A stretch of DNA of 64,000 nucleotides from Epiperipatus broadwayi (lineage: Eukaryota > Animalia > Onychophora): assembly GCA_028023455.1 (NCBI GenBank), contig JAQFVV010000004.1, positions 16,244,001 through 16,308,000 on the forward strand, in the 5' to 3' direction. How positions within the stretch are numbered: the stretch's first letter is position 1; each line of letters starts with the position of its first letter. Under the pieces are notes generated by a model. The model was given only the letters and a program-made list of their open reading frames with translations, was not told the origin of the DNA and did no database searches. Of the stretch, positions 37,630 through 50,213 are shown piece by piece. Position numbers and translations under genes: made by a program.

Positions 37630-38020
37630 TGTACATTCAGGCTGGCTGCTACAATACGGTTCACACTGGGCTCGGTTTATGCATACTTTGGCCTCAGCCC
37701 AGTTTAGCTGCACACGAACACATCATAGTATAGCACTGTGACCAACTTTAAGCTCCTTTCAGCTTCTGTCTCTGCAACAGTCCACCTGTAGCTCCACTTG
37801 AAACCATTGGAAACTCAACTCTTCGTTTAGCTGCTATCTGGATGATTTCCTCAGCTACTGTCTCCCAATCTCTGTGGGCCTATTCAGCTATTGCCAATGA
37901 ACCCATTTCCACTGAACCCTGCATATTAACCGAAGCACTGACACTAGATCTCTCCTACACTGGTATTGAACTGTAAAGTCAACTCGAGATGCACTCGAAT
38001 GGCCTGATGTACTTGTTACG
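37630..38020. other. GC-elevated island of about 390 bp, possible solo LTR or other TE fragment
   Basis: Abrupt rise in GC relative to the flanks. The ends TGTACA and GTTACG resemble TG...CA LTR ends. No TSD and no intact ORF. Confidence 0.3.
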
Positions 38021-40510
38021 TACTCTTTTTATAGCTTTCTGGTAACTACCACAATTAATTACCTTCTCCATATAAGATAAGGTGTCTTATCTAGAAATAT
38101 TTGCAATCAGCAAATATTTCTTGGAATTTTATCAATCACCATTATGTTAATTCTTTAATTAAATTTTTATCAGTTATCAGTTTGCTATTTAAAAAAATCT
38201 CTCAAATAAATTCTAGTTTTTCTGGAATGCATAAACACGTATAAAATTTTTACAAAATACAACAATCACCAATTATAATTGCTCCATCAATAAGAAAGAA
38301 AATAGTATTCAATTTTCAAACAAATGGAATATTTAAAATATAATTTAAATAAGTATCATAATTATTCCTCAATAAATAGGGTAACATGATTCTGGTGATC
38401 CATACCAAAACTGTACTCAGCTGTATCTAAAAAGTAAATAATAAAACCTCTTAAATTGTGGATGTTAAAAATATTTTGCTAATTTATTTAAGCTAATGAA
38501 TATTTAAATATCCTAAAGCAATGAACATAAGGATGGCCATTGATTAAATGAAAGTGAGAGGAGTAATTTCTTAGCCAAAAGAATCAAAGGATCCTATCAG
38601 TTGATGTCATTAGAATATGTAGTTACTTTACCAAATACTAGGTCAATATAGCTAGGAAAATAAATTGGCTTGAATTCAAAACCTTAAAGTGGTTGAATAT
38701 TTCAATTCATTAGTCTGAATAATACAATAAGAATAGAAGTTAACTTCTTGTTAACTTTACCTACTGAAAAAATAATAAAAAACCCTAAAAACCTCATTTG
38801 CTTTACCATTTGATAAATATAGATACATGCTTATAGAAATTGGTCATAAATAGACTTTATTAAGAATTTTTAATAACTACATATTTTCTTTCATTAAGAG
38901 CCAATTGCAGTATAAATTCTCTCCAATTCATTTCTCTAATCCATAGCTTCTCTGCGAGTTCCTTATTTTACCTATCTATTTTATATATGGCTATTTTCTA
39001 TGTTACAGTTCTCTCATTTATTCTTATCTCTATTAAGAATAAATTATCTAAAGGATATTTATGAGTTTTCAAGTAAACCAAAATGGCACCCTGTATTTTT
39101 GATAAATGTACAGTTTTGAGGGCCTATAGTATATTATAGATGTGTTGTTAAATTTAAAAAAATGAATAACGTAGGAAGCAATGAGATACTCTTAACATTA
39201 TCTTACTTTGGTTCAATTCAGTGTATTTCTTTTTGTCAGCAGTCTTTTTGATAAATTGTCATAGTGATAAAAATTTGGGCTCTTCCTGTCACAGAATGAG
39301 ATGCAATGGGCTATTTCCAAAGGTACAGCATCCTGCCATCTTGAAAAGTGTGCGTTAATGATCACGATATGATTGCATGCCATCTACATGAATAAAGTTA
39401 AGTATTGTATTCATATATTTTTTTCATTTTTCTGTTAATAAGTTAATCCAAAAACATATATACTGTAAATATTGTAATTAATTTTTCCACAATGATTTCA
39501 TTTTTTAAAATAATAATAAAACATAAAATATAATTATTAAAAAGGTAGTTTCCTAGCAGCGATTTTTTTTAAATATGGGGGGGGGGGGGCTATAAATTTA
39601 TCAAAAATACGAGTTACAATCTTGGCCTATTTGAAAACTCACAAGTACAAAATAAAGTAGTTTTTCAAATATTTCTTTTTCTGTTTTTTTTTTTGTCAAG
39701 TGTCTTATTTAAACATCAGTTCTCATTTATAACTGCACATCTATATACAGTTTATATAGATTTGTGAATTTAATCATTTATTATATATTAGTTATTTTTT
39801 CTTTCTCATTTTTTTCTCAACATTTAAATGCAATTGAAGTATTTTAAATCTCATCTTTTTCTCTAAGTAATTAGGATCAGAAAGTGTCTCGGGAAAATCG
39901 AAAAAGTATTTTAAAAGTGCTGTCACTTTTAATGTTGATAATTTTTTTAAATTTCTTCAATTCTCTTTTTTTAATTACTAACGGTTTTTTTTTTTTTTGT
40001 TATATTTTTGTTTTAAAGCAAGTACAGTATATTTTATATAAATTGTCTTTTTTTAAAAAAAGAAAAAGATTACAATACTTTATATTTAAGAGATCATCTT
40101 TGATATAATAGTTTTGTGCTTTTGTTGTTTAATATATGTTGACGCTTATGATAAATCGAAATTTTAAAGTATTTTAGTGAATAAATTTATGTTTTAATAA
40201 GTTTAAAAAATAATTATTATTACATTTTTTTATATTTCAACACTTTCTATTTATTCTATTTAACATTTTTCAGCTTATGATTAGTGGACAGAATGAGTAA
40301 ACTCATAATAATAAGATCTAAATATGAATACTAGTTGCATAGATAGTCTGGTATAATTGTCAAAAGCTCAAGTCAAATCCTTTACTTCAGTATATCAGTC
40401 TCATATTCTGGATTTTTATTAATTTATTAATTTTTATAAATTGGAAGAATAACCTTACCTATTATATTACAACATTCCCTCAACATTTTTCAATTACTCT
40501 GAAAAATTTA

Positions 40511-40622
40511 GTAAGCGTTGTTAGCGAGAGGTCAGCGCAGTTGCCTTGCAAGCAAGTAGTTGTTTGCAGATGGTTGTGGGTTCGCCTCCCGTTCGATGCT
40601 ATGACATATGGAAAAAAAAAAA
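40511..40622 (+). mobile_element. tRNA-Gly-derived SINE, long-variable-region subfamily (TGC)
   Basis: GTAAGCGTTG...GCCTTGCAAGCAAGTAGTTGTTTGCAGATGGTTGTGGGTTCGCCTCCCG...GCTATGACATATGG followed by A11. Confidence 0.85.
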
Positions 40623-42515
40623 GTAGTTTCGAATTTTATTATTCAAATGATATCTCCTAGCAATTGATAATTGGCTAAGACAATGATACTATAAATTGCT
40701 ATAGCAATTTTTCTGTTAACATTTCTTTCTGAATTATTTGAACCATAATTGTCAATACATTGGATATATTTCACTGATAGTTTTAAAAAGTTGTTCAATT
40801 TTTTTTTAAAAAAAATCCAATAGACCCATCTTATGTAAGCTGATATCTAGAATTTCTAAAATTATAGAAGCTTTTATATGTACAATAAATATAATTGGTA
40901 TAAAGTATTCACAGGATAAAAGCACATTATTTGCATAACTATTTCTATCCTGCTTGTTAGAAGTATATTAAAATCTCATTTAATTTAATTTTAATTATAG
41001 GTTATAACTATAAGCACCATAGTTGATGGTAACGTAAACACTCTAACTTCCATATTAATTCATAAATGGTTTAATAATTTTGTCAAAGCATTAAAAAATA
41101 TTTTCTTGTAAGCACTGTAATGTAAATGGTCTTCTTTTATAAGTGTAAGCATTATGCAAATTATTTTCTCTATGGATAATGATCACTATCATAATCTTAA
41201 AGGATATTCCAATAGTTTTTTGATTATATTATGATGTATAGTTTAAATTTTTGAATTATTAAATTTATTGATTTTGGAAGTTATTTAATATATTCTAATG
41301 CAATTATTTTTACAATAACAGAACACAATAGTGGTTATTTGATTGTTAGCATTCCAGACATTTTTTGCAAAAAGACTGGAATTAACAAGTTTGTAAGTTT
41401 ATGTATGTGAGCAGCTGTTAAATATTTATTTTATTGAAATCTAGAATTTAATTTTTTAGATTCATTATCAACCCAATTGAAATGTAATAATTTCTATTAA
41501 AAAAAAGATAATTTACATAAATTTATATAATTCTTAATTTTGTACTATATCCCATAATGTAAATATGCTCCACACCAATTTTAAAAGATTTAAAGTAGCA
41601 TAAAATGTATTTGATAAATATTAAGAAAATATGATTTATGCATAGAAAGGAAATCTTTTAATCAATGTATCTGTACTAGGGTAATTCTTTTCTGGATACT
41701 TATTTTGAGATGATATAGAAATTTTTCTGGATCATTATGGAAGGAAGGCTTACTTTGAGATTGTTGGAAATGGCTGGTGATGATGATTGTAAATATAATG
41801 ATCGGAGCAATATTTAGTCAGAGTCATAAAAAATAGAATCTTGCATGATTTAATCCAATGTTAGTGGCAGTCTCTGGAGATGAAGATCCATGATTCGCAG
41901 TTCTGCTTCAAAGCATCCAGTGTTCAAACTTCTTACAAACTTTCAAACAATAAATCTTTTGATATTTTTTTAAATTGATTTTGCAAATGAAAAATATAGT
42001 GAAGATGTATTGCTAATTGAATGGAATTGTCATGCTATGTATAAATATCATTCAATCTCTTGAACACCAATTAACAACATCATTTCTTTCAGATAAAATT
42101 TTTGTAAAGCTGACTAAATTATTGGTACTTTGGGTAACTTTTTCCGTTCTTTTTTTGTTTTAGGAGTATGACCATATTTTTTACTTATTTCTTCTCTATT
42201 TTTGAATAAAAATTATTTCTATTTTTTACCATAGTCAAATTCCTGGTGCAATGTTCTTTTACATATTCTTAATGTTTCAGTAAACATTTTGAATATTTAA
42301 TTGGAGTTTTTCAAAGTGACAATGTGATTAAGCAATCACAATCTTCTCTAGCTCCATCTATAGTGACTTTAAGTAATCAATGATTATCAGTTAATAATAT
42401 GTTTTTTGTCTTTATCAATGAGATTTGAATTTGAAGTTGGAAATATGCAATATTAAATGGATTCAACATCTTTCCTATTAATATTTGATCTGTATTATCT
42501 TTATTTAAATAATTA

Positions 42516-42905
42516 ATGTTTGTATCATTAATTATGGAGAATAGAAAAAGTTTAAATATATATAGAAGTAAACAGAACATTGGGTGCAAGTTAATTTATG
42601 ATAATAGCAAGGAAAGTAGTTTATTTTTTAAGGCTCAAATGGAATCTTTAACAACAAGAGAATATACACGTAAATGGAAAAATATGGGTGATTTAGTCTG
42701 CAAATTGTGTAAGGAAGGCATAAAAAATACTAGGCATCTGTTAATTGAATGTAAATGTTTACAAGCAGAAAGGGTACAAATAAATGGGAGAATAAATATA
42801 GACCAAGTGATAATACAGAAAGTGGGTTATTGGTTGCTGGGGTTGAAAAAAGATAAAGGATATCTAGATACAAAGGTCATGGAATGGACAAAGATGATGT
42901 TGTGA
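42516..42905 (+). mobile_element. 3' fragment of a non-LTR retrotransposon ORF2 (C-terminal CCHC zinc knuckle)
   Basis: YDNSKESSLFFKAQMESL...CKLCKEGIKNTRHLLIEC = C-x2-C-x8-H-x4-C, the typical LINE ORF2 C-terminus. No RT upstream, consistent with 5' truncation. Confidence 0.75.
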
Positions 42906-44758
42906 AAATGGGATAGAGCAGGATAGAGAAGAATATGAAAAAAATTTAGAGTGGGGAATGATAAGATAAGGTGGCTAACAAGTTTCTCTTGGACATATTA
43001 GCTGAGAGATTCTTGACTTTGATAAAGGAGAAGCCATAGTGCATCACATTGTTTCTTTTCATTTTCAACTACCTTTCTTCTTCTACTTCTTTAACTAGAG
43101 AACTTTTTGAGTTTCTTCATTAAATGCTCATCTTTAAAAAATTAGTTAATGGAGCTATGTTTATTGGTTAAGTAAGCCTGATTCCCCCCCCCCCATATTT
43201 TTCAATCTACCAGAGTTATTTGATTTAGTTTTTGTAATGATTTTTTTTAAACAGAATCATATTTTCTCTTGCCAAAATTATTTTAAAATATTTTTTCTTT
43301 AAATAACATTTTATCTTGTATAACACCTTGTATCACCTACTGAATATTGTTTTTATATCTGGAATAGAATATTTTATTCTAATCTTCACTTTGTTGTGCT
43401 TCATGTAAAATTATGAAATGGAGCAATGAATTGTTTTATAGTGATCTATTTCTTTATTTATTTCTTTTAGTTATTCTCACATCATTATTCTGCATCTTAT
43501 GTTTTTTCTGCTGTATGTGATACTGTGATCACTTTTAATTTTTTATGCTTTTAATAACTACCTTATTCTTTTTGACATTCTTAACTATTCTTCTTATCAT
43601 ACTATATTTTTATTTTTATTTTTTATGCTTCTTGACTATGAACTTTTTTATATAATGAATTTCTCTTTCTATTTTTACAATATTCATTTTTTAAAAATTA
43701 ACATTGTCATGCCATATTTATGTACAAACTATCACTGACCCATCAAAGAGATCTGAATGAAAGATTTAAAATTAACATTTTATTCTACCTGAAACTCTAT
43801 CTACCAATCTTATTCTCAATTAATTATTAATAATGTCAGTTCGTTGACACACAGACTTGTGTGATAACTTTCTAGATCAACTAATAGATTGTGACTAATT
43901 TAATTACATCTTGGCAAATGTGAATTGCGTTGTATGAATATATACTTGGTTTATATTGAAAAATTACTGTGAAAATTAATATTATTTTGTATTTTTATTT
44001 GTCCATCAAAAAAAAGTTAAAAGTATTTTTTAAAAATCAAAACTAATAATAAATGCTGTCATAAATTGATTCTATCATGATAGCCTCCCTAGCTGGTATG
44101 TTGTTATTTATGAGCCATAAGCTCGAAACCAGTTGGTCTGGAGATGAGAGTGTTCTGGATAGAGATTTTAAATATTTTCTCATACCACACTTATTAATTA
44201 AGAGCTTGTTTGAGCTATTGGTACGCTCTCTGTATTGCATTTTTGTAACTACAAGCTTATAAAAGTAATGTCACATTATATATGACTTGCTTTTTTTTTT
44301 AATTAATTATTAATAAAGATTTATAGAACTTTAATCTTTATTGCTTTTGCTTTACTATCAAATGCAATGAAATTGTTGTAATCAACGTGTATTGATTTGC
44401 CATTTGCCAAATAGGAGAATGATAATTGATAAAATTAATATTGAATTCTATGATTAGTCAATACTTCAGTTGTAACCTTTTTAGATTGTTCAATTTAAAA
44501 AAATTACAGTAGTTGAAATAGGATTACTTGAATAATTTTATCCAAGTTGTCCTGGAAATTAACTTAGTACTTGAATAAACAAACATTATTCTTAAAAGTA
44601 AAACCAATAAACAAATTTGAATTAAATATTGCAGCTTTTGTAAACTTAGATCAACAACTTATTAAATTTTGTTATTTCAAGCAACTACTTTGTTAGCAGG
44701 TTGTTTCTCTTTTAGTTCTTACAGATTATGCAAAGATATGACTAATCTGCAGACAAAT

Positions 44759-45031
44759 TAAAACAGGCAAAACTCACTATACATATTGCCACACACTGCA
44801 AGCTAGAGAAATTAATGGATGCCAGAAAGCTTGTGCATAAAATCCCCATTTAGTGCCTACTCATCCAATATCCCCAGACTAGTCACTAAATGGGGATTTT
44901 ATGCAGAAGCCTTCTGGAATCCATTGATTACTCTAACTTGTAGTGTGTGGCAATATGTATAGTGAGTTTTGCCTGTTTTAATAACAGTTATAAGCAAGCG
45001 TAAAAAATGGTGATCATGTGATATTTATTGG
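44759..45031. mobile_element. Family B inverted-arm insertion with a perfect 12-bp TSD
   Basis: The antisense arm ends at ...CCCCAGACTAGT. The sense arm resumes at CACTAAATGGGG and runs to GTGATATTTATTGG. TSD CTGCAGACAAAT at 44747 and 45032. Confidence 0.9.
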
Positions 45032-46566
45032 CTGCAGACAAATAGTTAAAAGGCATAGAATTATGCCACAGAACAAGGAAATTAACATTAATCTATGATT
45101 TTAAAGGATTTCTGTGGTAATGCTAATCAAGTTAAATTAAAGTGACCTGATATAACAAATCTAATTCATAAATCAAACCTTTAAAATCTTTAGCCAAAAT
45201 TTACACCTATGAATCCTGTTATTATTATATCAGTCATATTGAATCAGCCTGTTTTAAAATAAAAAGAAATAACAAGATCCACCAACATTAGATGTAGAGA
45301 TTACATTTCATTATCATTAAAAAAAAATTTAATATAAAATCATGTTGAAGTTCAAAGGAAAGGAATTCATAGTTTAAAATTTTCGATTAAAATTAATAAT
45401 ATAACTGTAATAATTGATTTTTGACTCTGGTTCTGATGTTTTCATTATCTCTAAAAATTATTGAAAATTAATAAACCAAATTAAAAATATTTATGCAAAC
45501 TTTCATAAAGCAGTTATGTAACAATAGATTATCGTGATAATCGGGTTTCTTTCCTTGGTCAAAGTATCTAAGATTACAAAGAAAAATAATTCTTTCATAT
45601 TGTTATCATTTTAGCTATGTAAGTTCCAGTTATCAACTTAACAAGCCCCAACTGAGTCAAGTATTTATAATATGCATTGGTTAAAGTAATGAATATTCAT
45701 AGCAACTCAATAAGTTATTAATAGTACACTTGCATATTGTCATGGAAACAAATTATCTAAAAGACAATGGAAATTGTCTTTATAGACAATTGGATGGAGT
45801 CATAAAACAAATTATTTTGAGTAGGCAAATTTCAATAATGATTACTGTCAAACAAAATCATGAAATCAGAAGTTAAGGATACTTTAAATACTCTTTTAAG
45901 CAAGCTATTTTCATTTTTTTTTTAAACAAAGGGTGAAAAAATACTTTTTATAAATTATCATCCAAATTGTTTTGTTATTATTGTAATTTATGATGAACAA
46001 TTCTTAAAGGTATTTAAGTGCAATTAATTAGCATATGGAATCTCAGCTATGTTTGTAATACTGTAGCATGTAATAGATAAGTTAGTTGCTGGATACTATG
46101 AATACTCTTATATTTTAATGATTTTTCTACTGGTGATCAAAATTGCTACCCAACTTTGGCTTCTACTGAAAAAGTCTTCTAAAAAAAATATTGATTAAAG
46201 TATTCCATGAAGCTCATACTTCTAATAATAATAAAAAAGTGTTCCAGACATTCTTAGATTTTGTCAATTATAAAACAAACTGTAAAAGATCTTATTATAT
46301 TATCTGATGTATTAATGCATACAAACCCATAAAAACATTAAGACTTATTTATGATGCTTTATTAACTGGTGTAGGTGTCCTTACATTTTACAAGTATATA
46401 GATGGAATTGACAGTATTATATTTTCTCTTGCAGTTTTTACAAAATAGAAAAGCTGTTCATGTTGATAGAGAATCATTAACTTTGAAATCCGCTAGGCGG
46501 TAAATTCTAGATTTTTTTTAAATTTCACAATTATGTGAATGGCTATTTTTTCATCAGATACAATTT

Positions 46567-47028
46567 AAAAAAAAGAAAGAGGAAGTATGGAGATTATTAA
46601 AGTAATCAATAAGATAATATGCATACGAGAAGGAAGGTGGAAAGCTATGTATGTGTGTGTGTAAAAAATCAGATAGAATAATCTTTAATTGGATTAAAGT
46701 TTATATCTGTGCTAAAGAAAAACTCTAGTTTAATAAATGATTAATGATAAACGTAATTAGGTTTATCAAAAATTTATGAAGTCGAGGTTGTGAGTGAAGC
46801 AAGTTTGACGGTTGTAAATAAAGATGTGACAATTTCGCCATAGATAAATAAATACTCTTCATGTAATAAAGATATATATGAGAGCTGGTGACCTGTGCCA
46901 ACTGATGAGTGCTGGCTTAGCATGAAATGCATCTTGGGGGGTCATTTGTCTTTTATTGTATCTTTATTTATATGAAGAATAAAAAAAGAAAGAAAGAGGA
47001 AGTATGGAGATTATTAAAGTAATCGATA
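46567..47028 (+). mobile_element. A-type hammerhead monomer with direct terminal repeats (period 417) and an 11-bp TSD
   Basis: AGAAAGAGGAAGTATGGAGATTATTAAAGTAATC.ATAAGATA at 46574 and 46991. TSD AGATACAATTT at 46556 and 47029. Confidence 0.8.
46889..46944 (+). ncRNA. Type I hammerhead ribozyme, most canonical copy in the window
   Basis: TGACC-TGTG-CCAA-CTGATGA-G-TGCT-GGCTT-AGCA-T-GAAA-TGCA-TC|TTGG-GG-GGTCA. G10.1-U11.1 pair, ATGCAT palindrome, AUC cleavage triplet ending at 46933. Confidence 0.88.
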
Positions 47029-48504
47029 AGATACAATTTTGAGTAATTTAGCTTTCTGGCAGCACATTTCAGTTACATGATTTGCTCATCCCAAATCAGG
47101 AAAATCAAAATCTAATAGTCATAGATCTATTGAGATGATACGATTCAGAAAATAATTTTGGATTAGAGCTGTTATTTTTCCTACAGGTCATAGTGAATTG
47201 CTAAACCTTATTGTATATAAATCATACAAATCCTAATGACAATGTTGACATGTTCATATTTATGATAACCAAGCATAGATTCTGTTAATGGATCTAAGAT
47301 ACATAAGTGTACATGTTGTTTGGCAACACAGTGTGCTAGTTTAAGGGCAAATCAGTGGCTGTTTTGAATTAGGTAGTCCTTTGCCTAGACTCTACACTAA
47401 TAATGCAGGTTCTCAGCATGACAAATAATTTTTTGTGTTTGACATATTTTAACTGAATCCTTAAAAAAACTATTATTCATACAACTCTCAAGGAAATAAT
47501 ATTTACTTCAGCAAACTTTACCAAGCAGCTGTCACATGATTTTTCCAATTTGCAAGGTATGGGTGCTTGAACGATGTCTAGAATGCTATCAACTCAACAC
47601 ATGATTTCAAGGGAAACATTAATTGGAGTATCATGAATCATTTTTTGAGAACAAACCTTTTCTCAATCCAAATAAACAAAAATACACCAATATCTCAGAA
47701 CAATCTTTTAATGTCAAAGTTCAAATAGATATTAAAATTCTTTGCTGTAGATACAATAGTGGTGTTCATTTTCTCCATTATCATGGGTGAGCATAACCAA
47801 TTTTTTATTATTCAAACCATTGAAGATTTTTTATATCATTAGGGGCATAAACCAATTAAATTTTAGTTACAGAAATGGAAAAATTCAATTCATGGATCTG
47901 TAAAAACAGAAGTTAATCCAGATGACACTACTCTGATTATCACTGAAGAAATCAGTCAAAACTTTAGCAGAGAACACAACGTTAGAAAGTGTCCAAGATT
48001 CCATCACAATTTGAATAGTTTTACTGAAGATAAAGAATATTATGTACTAACCACTCGTAGATCTTGAATAATAAAATCTGGAAAAAACATTACCAATCAT
48101 TCTCATAGTACTCATTATATTTGTTGAAATTATAGTTATCAACTATATTCTTAATCAGTCAGCATTAACTACAGTTTCATTATCAACTATATCTCTGCCT
48201 TATATTAATACAAACTTAAAATTATTACCAAAAAATTCTGTTGTAAAAAATCGTAATTAAATCTACTTAAACTTGTTTACACAAAGGTAAACAAAGCAAT
48301 TTAAACATTGTTACATCATGGTAACAATGTAACAAATGTAGCAAAATCAAACAAATGTAGCAAAATCATGATGATTCATTCTATACCAGTATAACCAAAT
48401 ACCATGATGAGAGTGAATTCTCTTATGTTCATCTCTAGAGTAACACAAAATAACTTGAATATTATCCATCATATGTAATACTTTGATATTCCAAACAAAT
48501 GTGA

Positions 48505-48556
48505 TGCTGTTCGCTGAAGAAAGCCAATAGCCAGAAATTAGTCTGGAAATGTAGCA
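48505..48556 (+). ncRNA. Isolated B/C-type hammerhead motif
   Basis: TGCT-G-TTCG-CTGAAGA-A-AGC-CAATA-GCC-A-GAAA-TTAG-TC|TGGA-AATGT-AGCA. Helix II resembles family C and helix III resembles family B. GUC triplet ending at 48543. Confidence 0.6.
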
Positions 48557-49283
48557 CTATCATTTAATGTTCATTTATTAATAAAGATTATAATAGATAG
48601 CTATGAAATATAAAAATAGGTTGGATTGTTATGACTTATCCAAAGAATATATATATTCTTTGAATAATTTTATACTTTTTAAAAGCATTTAATCGAAGGT
48701 CAAATCTATTTAAAAATAAAGATTGACAGAAAACATTAAAAATAATTTCATTTTAAAATGCAACTAGAACATTTAAAACATTGTTATCTGTAATATGATT
48801 AACAGATAACTGACTAATACATACACAGCCCACATAATGAATCAACATTGAGTTAATTACTTATGTGAATATCAGTGCCATAAACATTATCTTCCTTTTT
48901 AAAAAAGCCTGTTAATTAAACCATACATAAACATGTAAATAAATAACCAGCTCATTAAACCAATAAAATATCACATGACTCCACCACTTAACTATAGATT
49001 ACATATTGCTGTTTAGCAGCATATATTTTTTTCACCATTTTGTGCCATTAACAATAATTATTAATAATTAATAATTATTATCTGGTTAAAGAATCCCTAT
49101 AGTTCTCAAAAAAATTAAGGACCCAATAATATATAGATATCGTACAAGCGAAGTGTATAAGATTAAAAAACATTTACATATTTTTCAATTTGGGCTGGTA
49201 GCATGATATTGTAACAGATAGGTAAATAATGACAGCTGAATAAAGTTTACATAAATCCTAAAGACCCAGGTGCACTGTTCCAC

Positions 49284-49366
49284 ATCCAAAGTTCCTCACT
49301 GATGAAATCCATAAGCTTAAAATTTGTTTGGAGATATTGGATAGGATAACATGGGATAGGGATTTA
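49284..49366 (+). mobile_element. Degenerate family B hammerhead fragment
   Basis: ATCCAA-AGT-TCCTCA-CTGATGA-AATCCATAAGCTT-AAAA-TTTGTT-TGGAGA-TA-TTGGAT. The GAAA is lost. Confidence 0.6.
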
Positions 49367-49700
49367 TTAACTACTGTCATTTGGCAAATTATTATTTACT
49401 AAAGTTTCCAGTGAATGGCAAAAAGGTGGTGAAAGAAAAATGTTAATAGCTAGTTAACTGATATCAGGGTATAAAAAAACCCTATAGTTACTCTGGAGCA
49501 GGGAGATCATCAGCTATTCTTGGTAATTAATATTAGTATCTTACATACATTAAAGTGGTGACTATTAAATAATAAAATTAAAAATATGTGATTCTATCAA
49601 GAAATAATTTTACACTACAAATAATTGAACTTTTGCTTTAAAAATTATTGTGTTAAAAATTTATATTGAAAAATTGAAACGTCTTTTATAAAATTATTTT

Positions 49701-50090
49701 AAATGTAATTATAGGGGACTTGAACATAGTTCCTTTCAATATTCCACTCCATTTTATACAAGTGATGCACAATAAATGATCTCTAATATAAATATTTCAT
49801 GCTGACTCGTACTCATCAGTTGGTCTGGAACATCATCTCCCACATATATACATTCAGTGCTCAGTTTATATTAAGATAGCAAATACACTTGGGAGATGAT
49901 CTGGGCCAACTAATGAGCACTGACTCAGCACAAAATACATATTTATCATTTTCACATGTGTATGGACATGTGTATCAATTATATGAGATAGAATGGATAA
50001 CTGAAAGGAGTTTGAAAGTCTGTGTTCAAATCCCCTATAATTGCATTTAAACTCCAGGTATATGAGGTATGCCTGTATTTCAAATATTCC
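49701..50090. mobile_element. Family A (second subfamily) inverted-arm insertion with two degenerate hammerheads
   Basis: ATTATAGGGGACTTGAAC/GTTCAAATCCCCTATAAT arms. CTGATGA on minus at 49813-19 and CTAATGA on plus near 49909. TSD AAATTATTTT at 49691 and 50091. Confidence 0.8.
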
Positions 50091-50213
50091 AAATTATTTT
50101 CAAAAATTATTAGCAATTGATAATATTAATCAATATTATTGCTAATTATTCAGAAGTATAAAATTTATTACTTTTGCTAATGAACCTGCTATTATAGGAA
50201 GTTTATCTCCATT

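Noticed and set aside
4107-40622. Functional tRNA genes (Gly, Val, Ala)
   Set aside because: Mutated B boxes or acceptor stems, insertions, A-tails and TSDs indicate retroposed copies.
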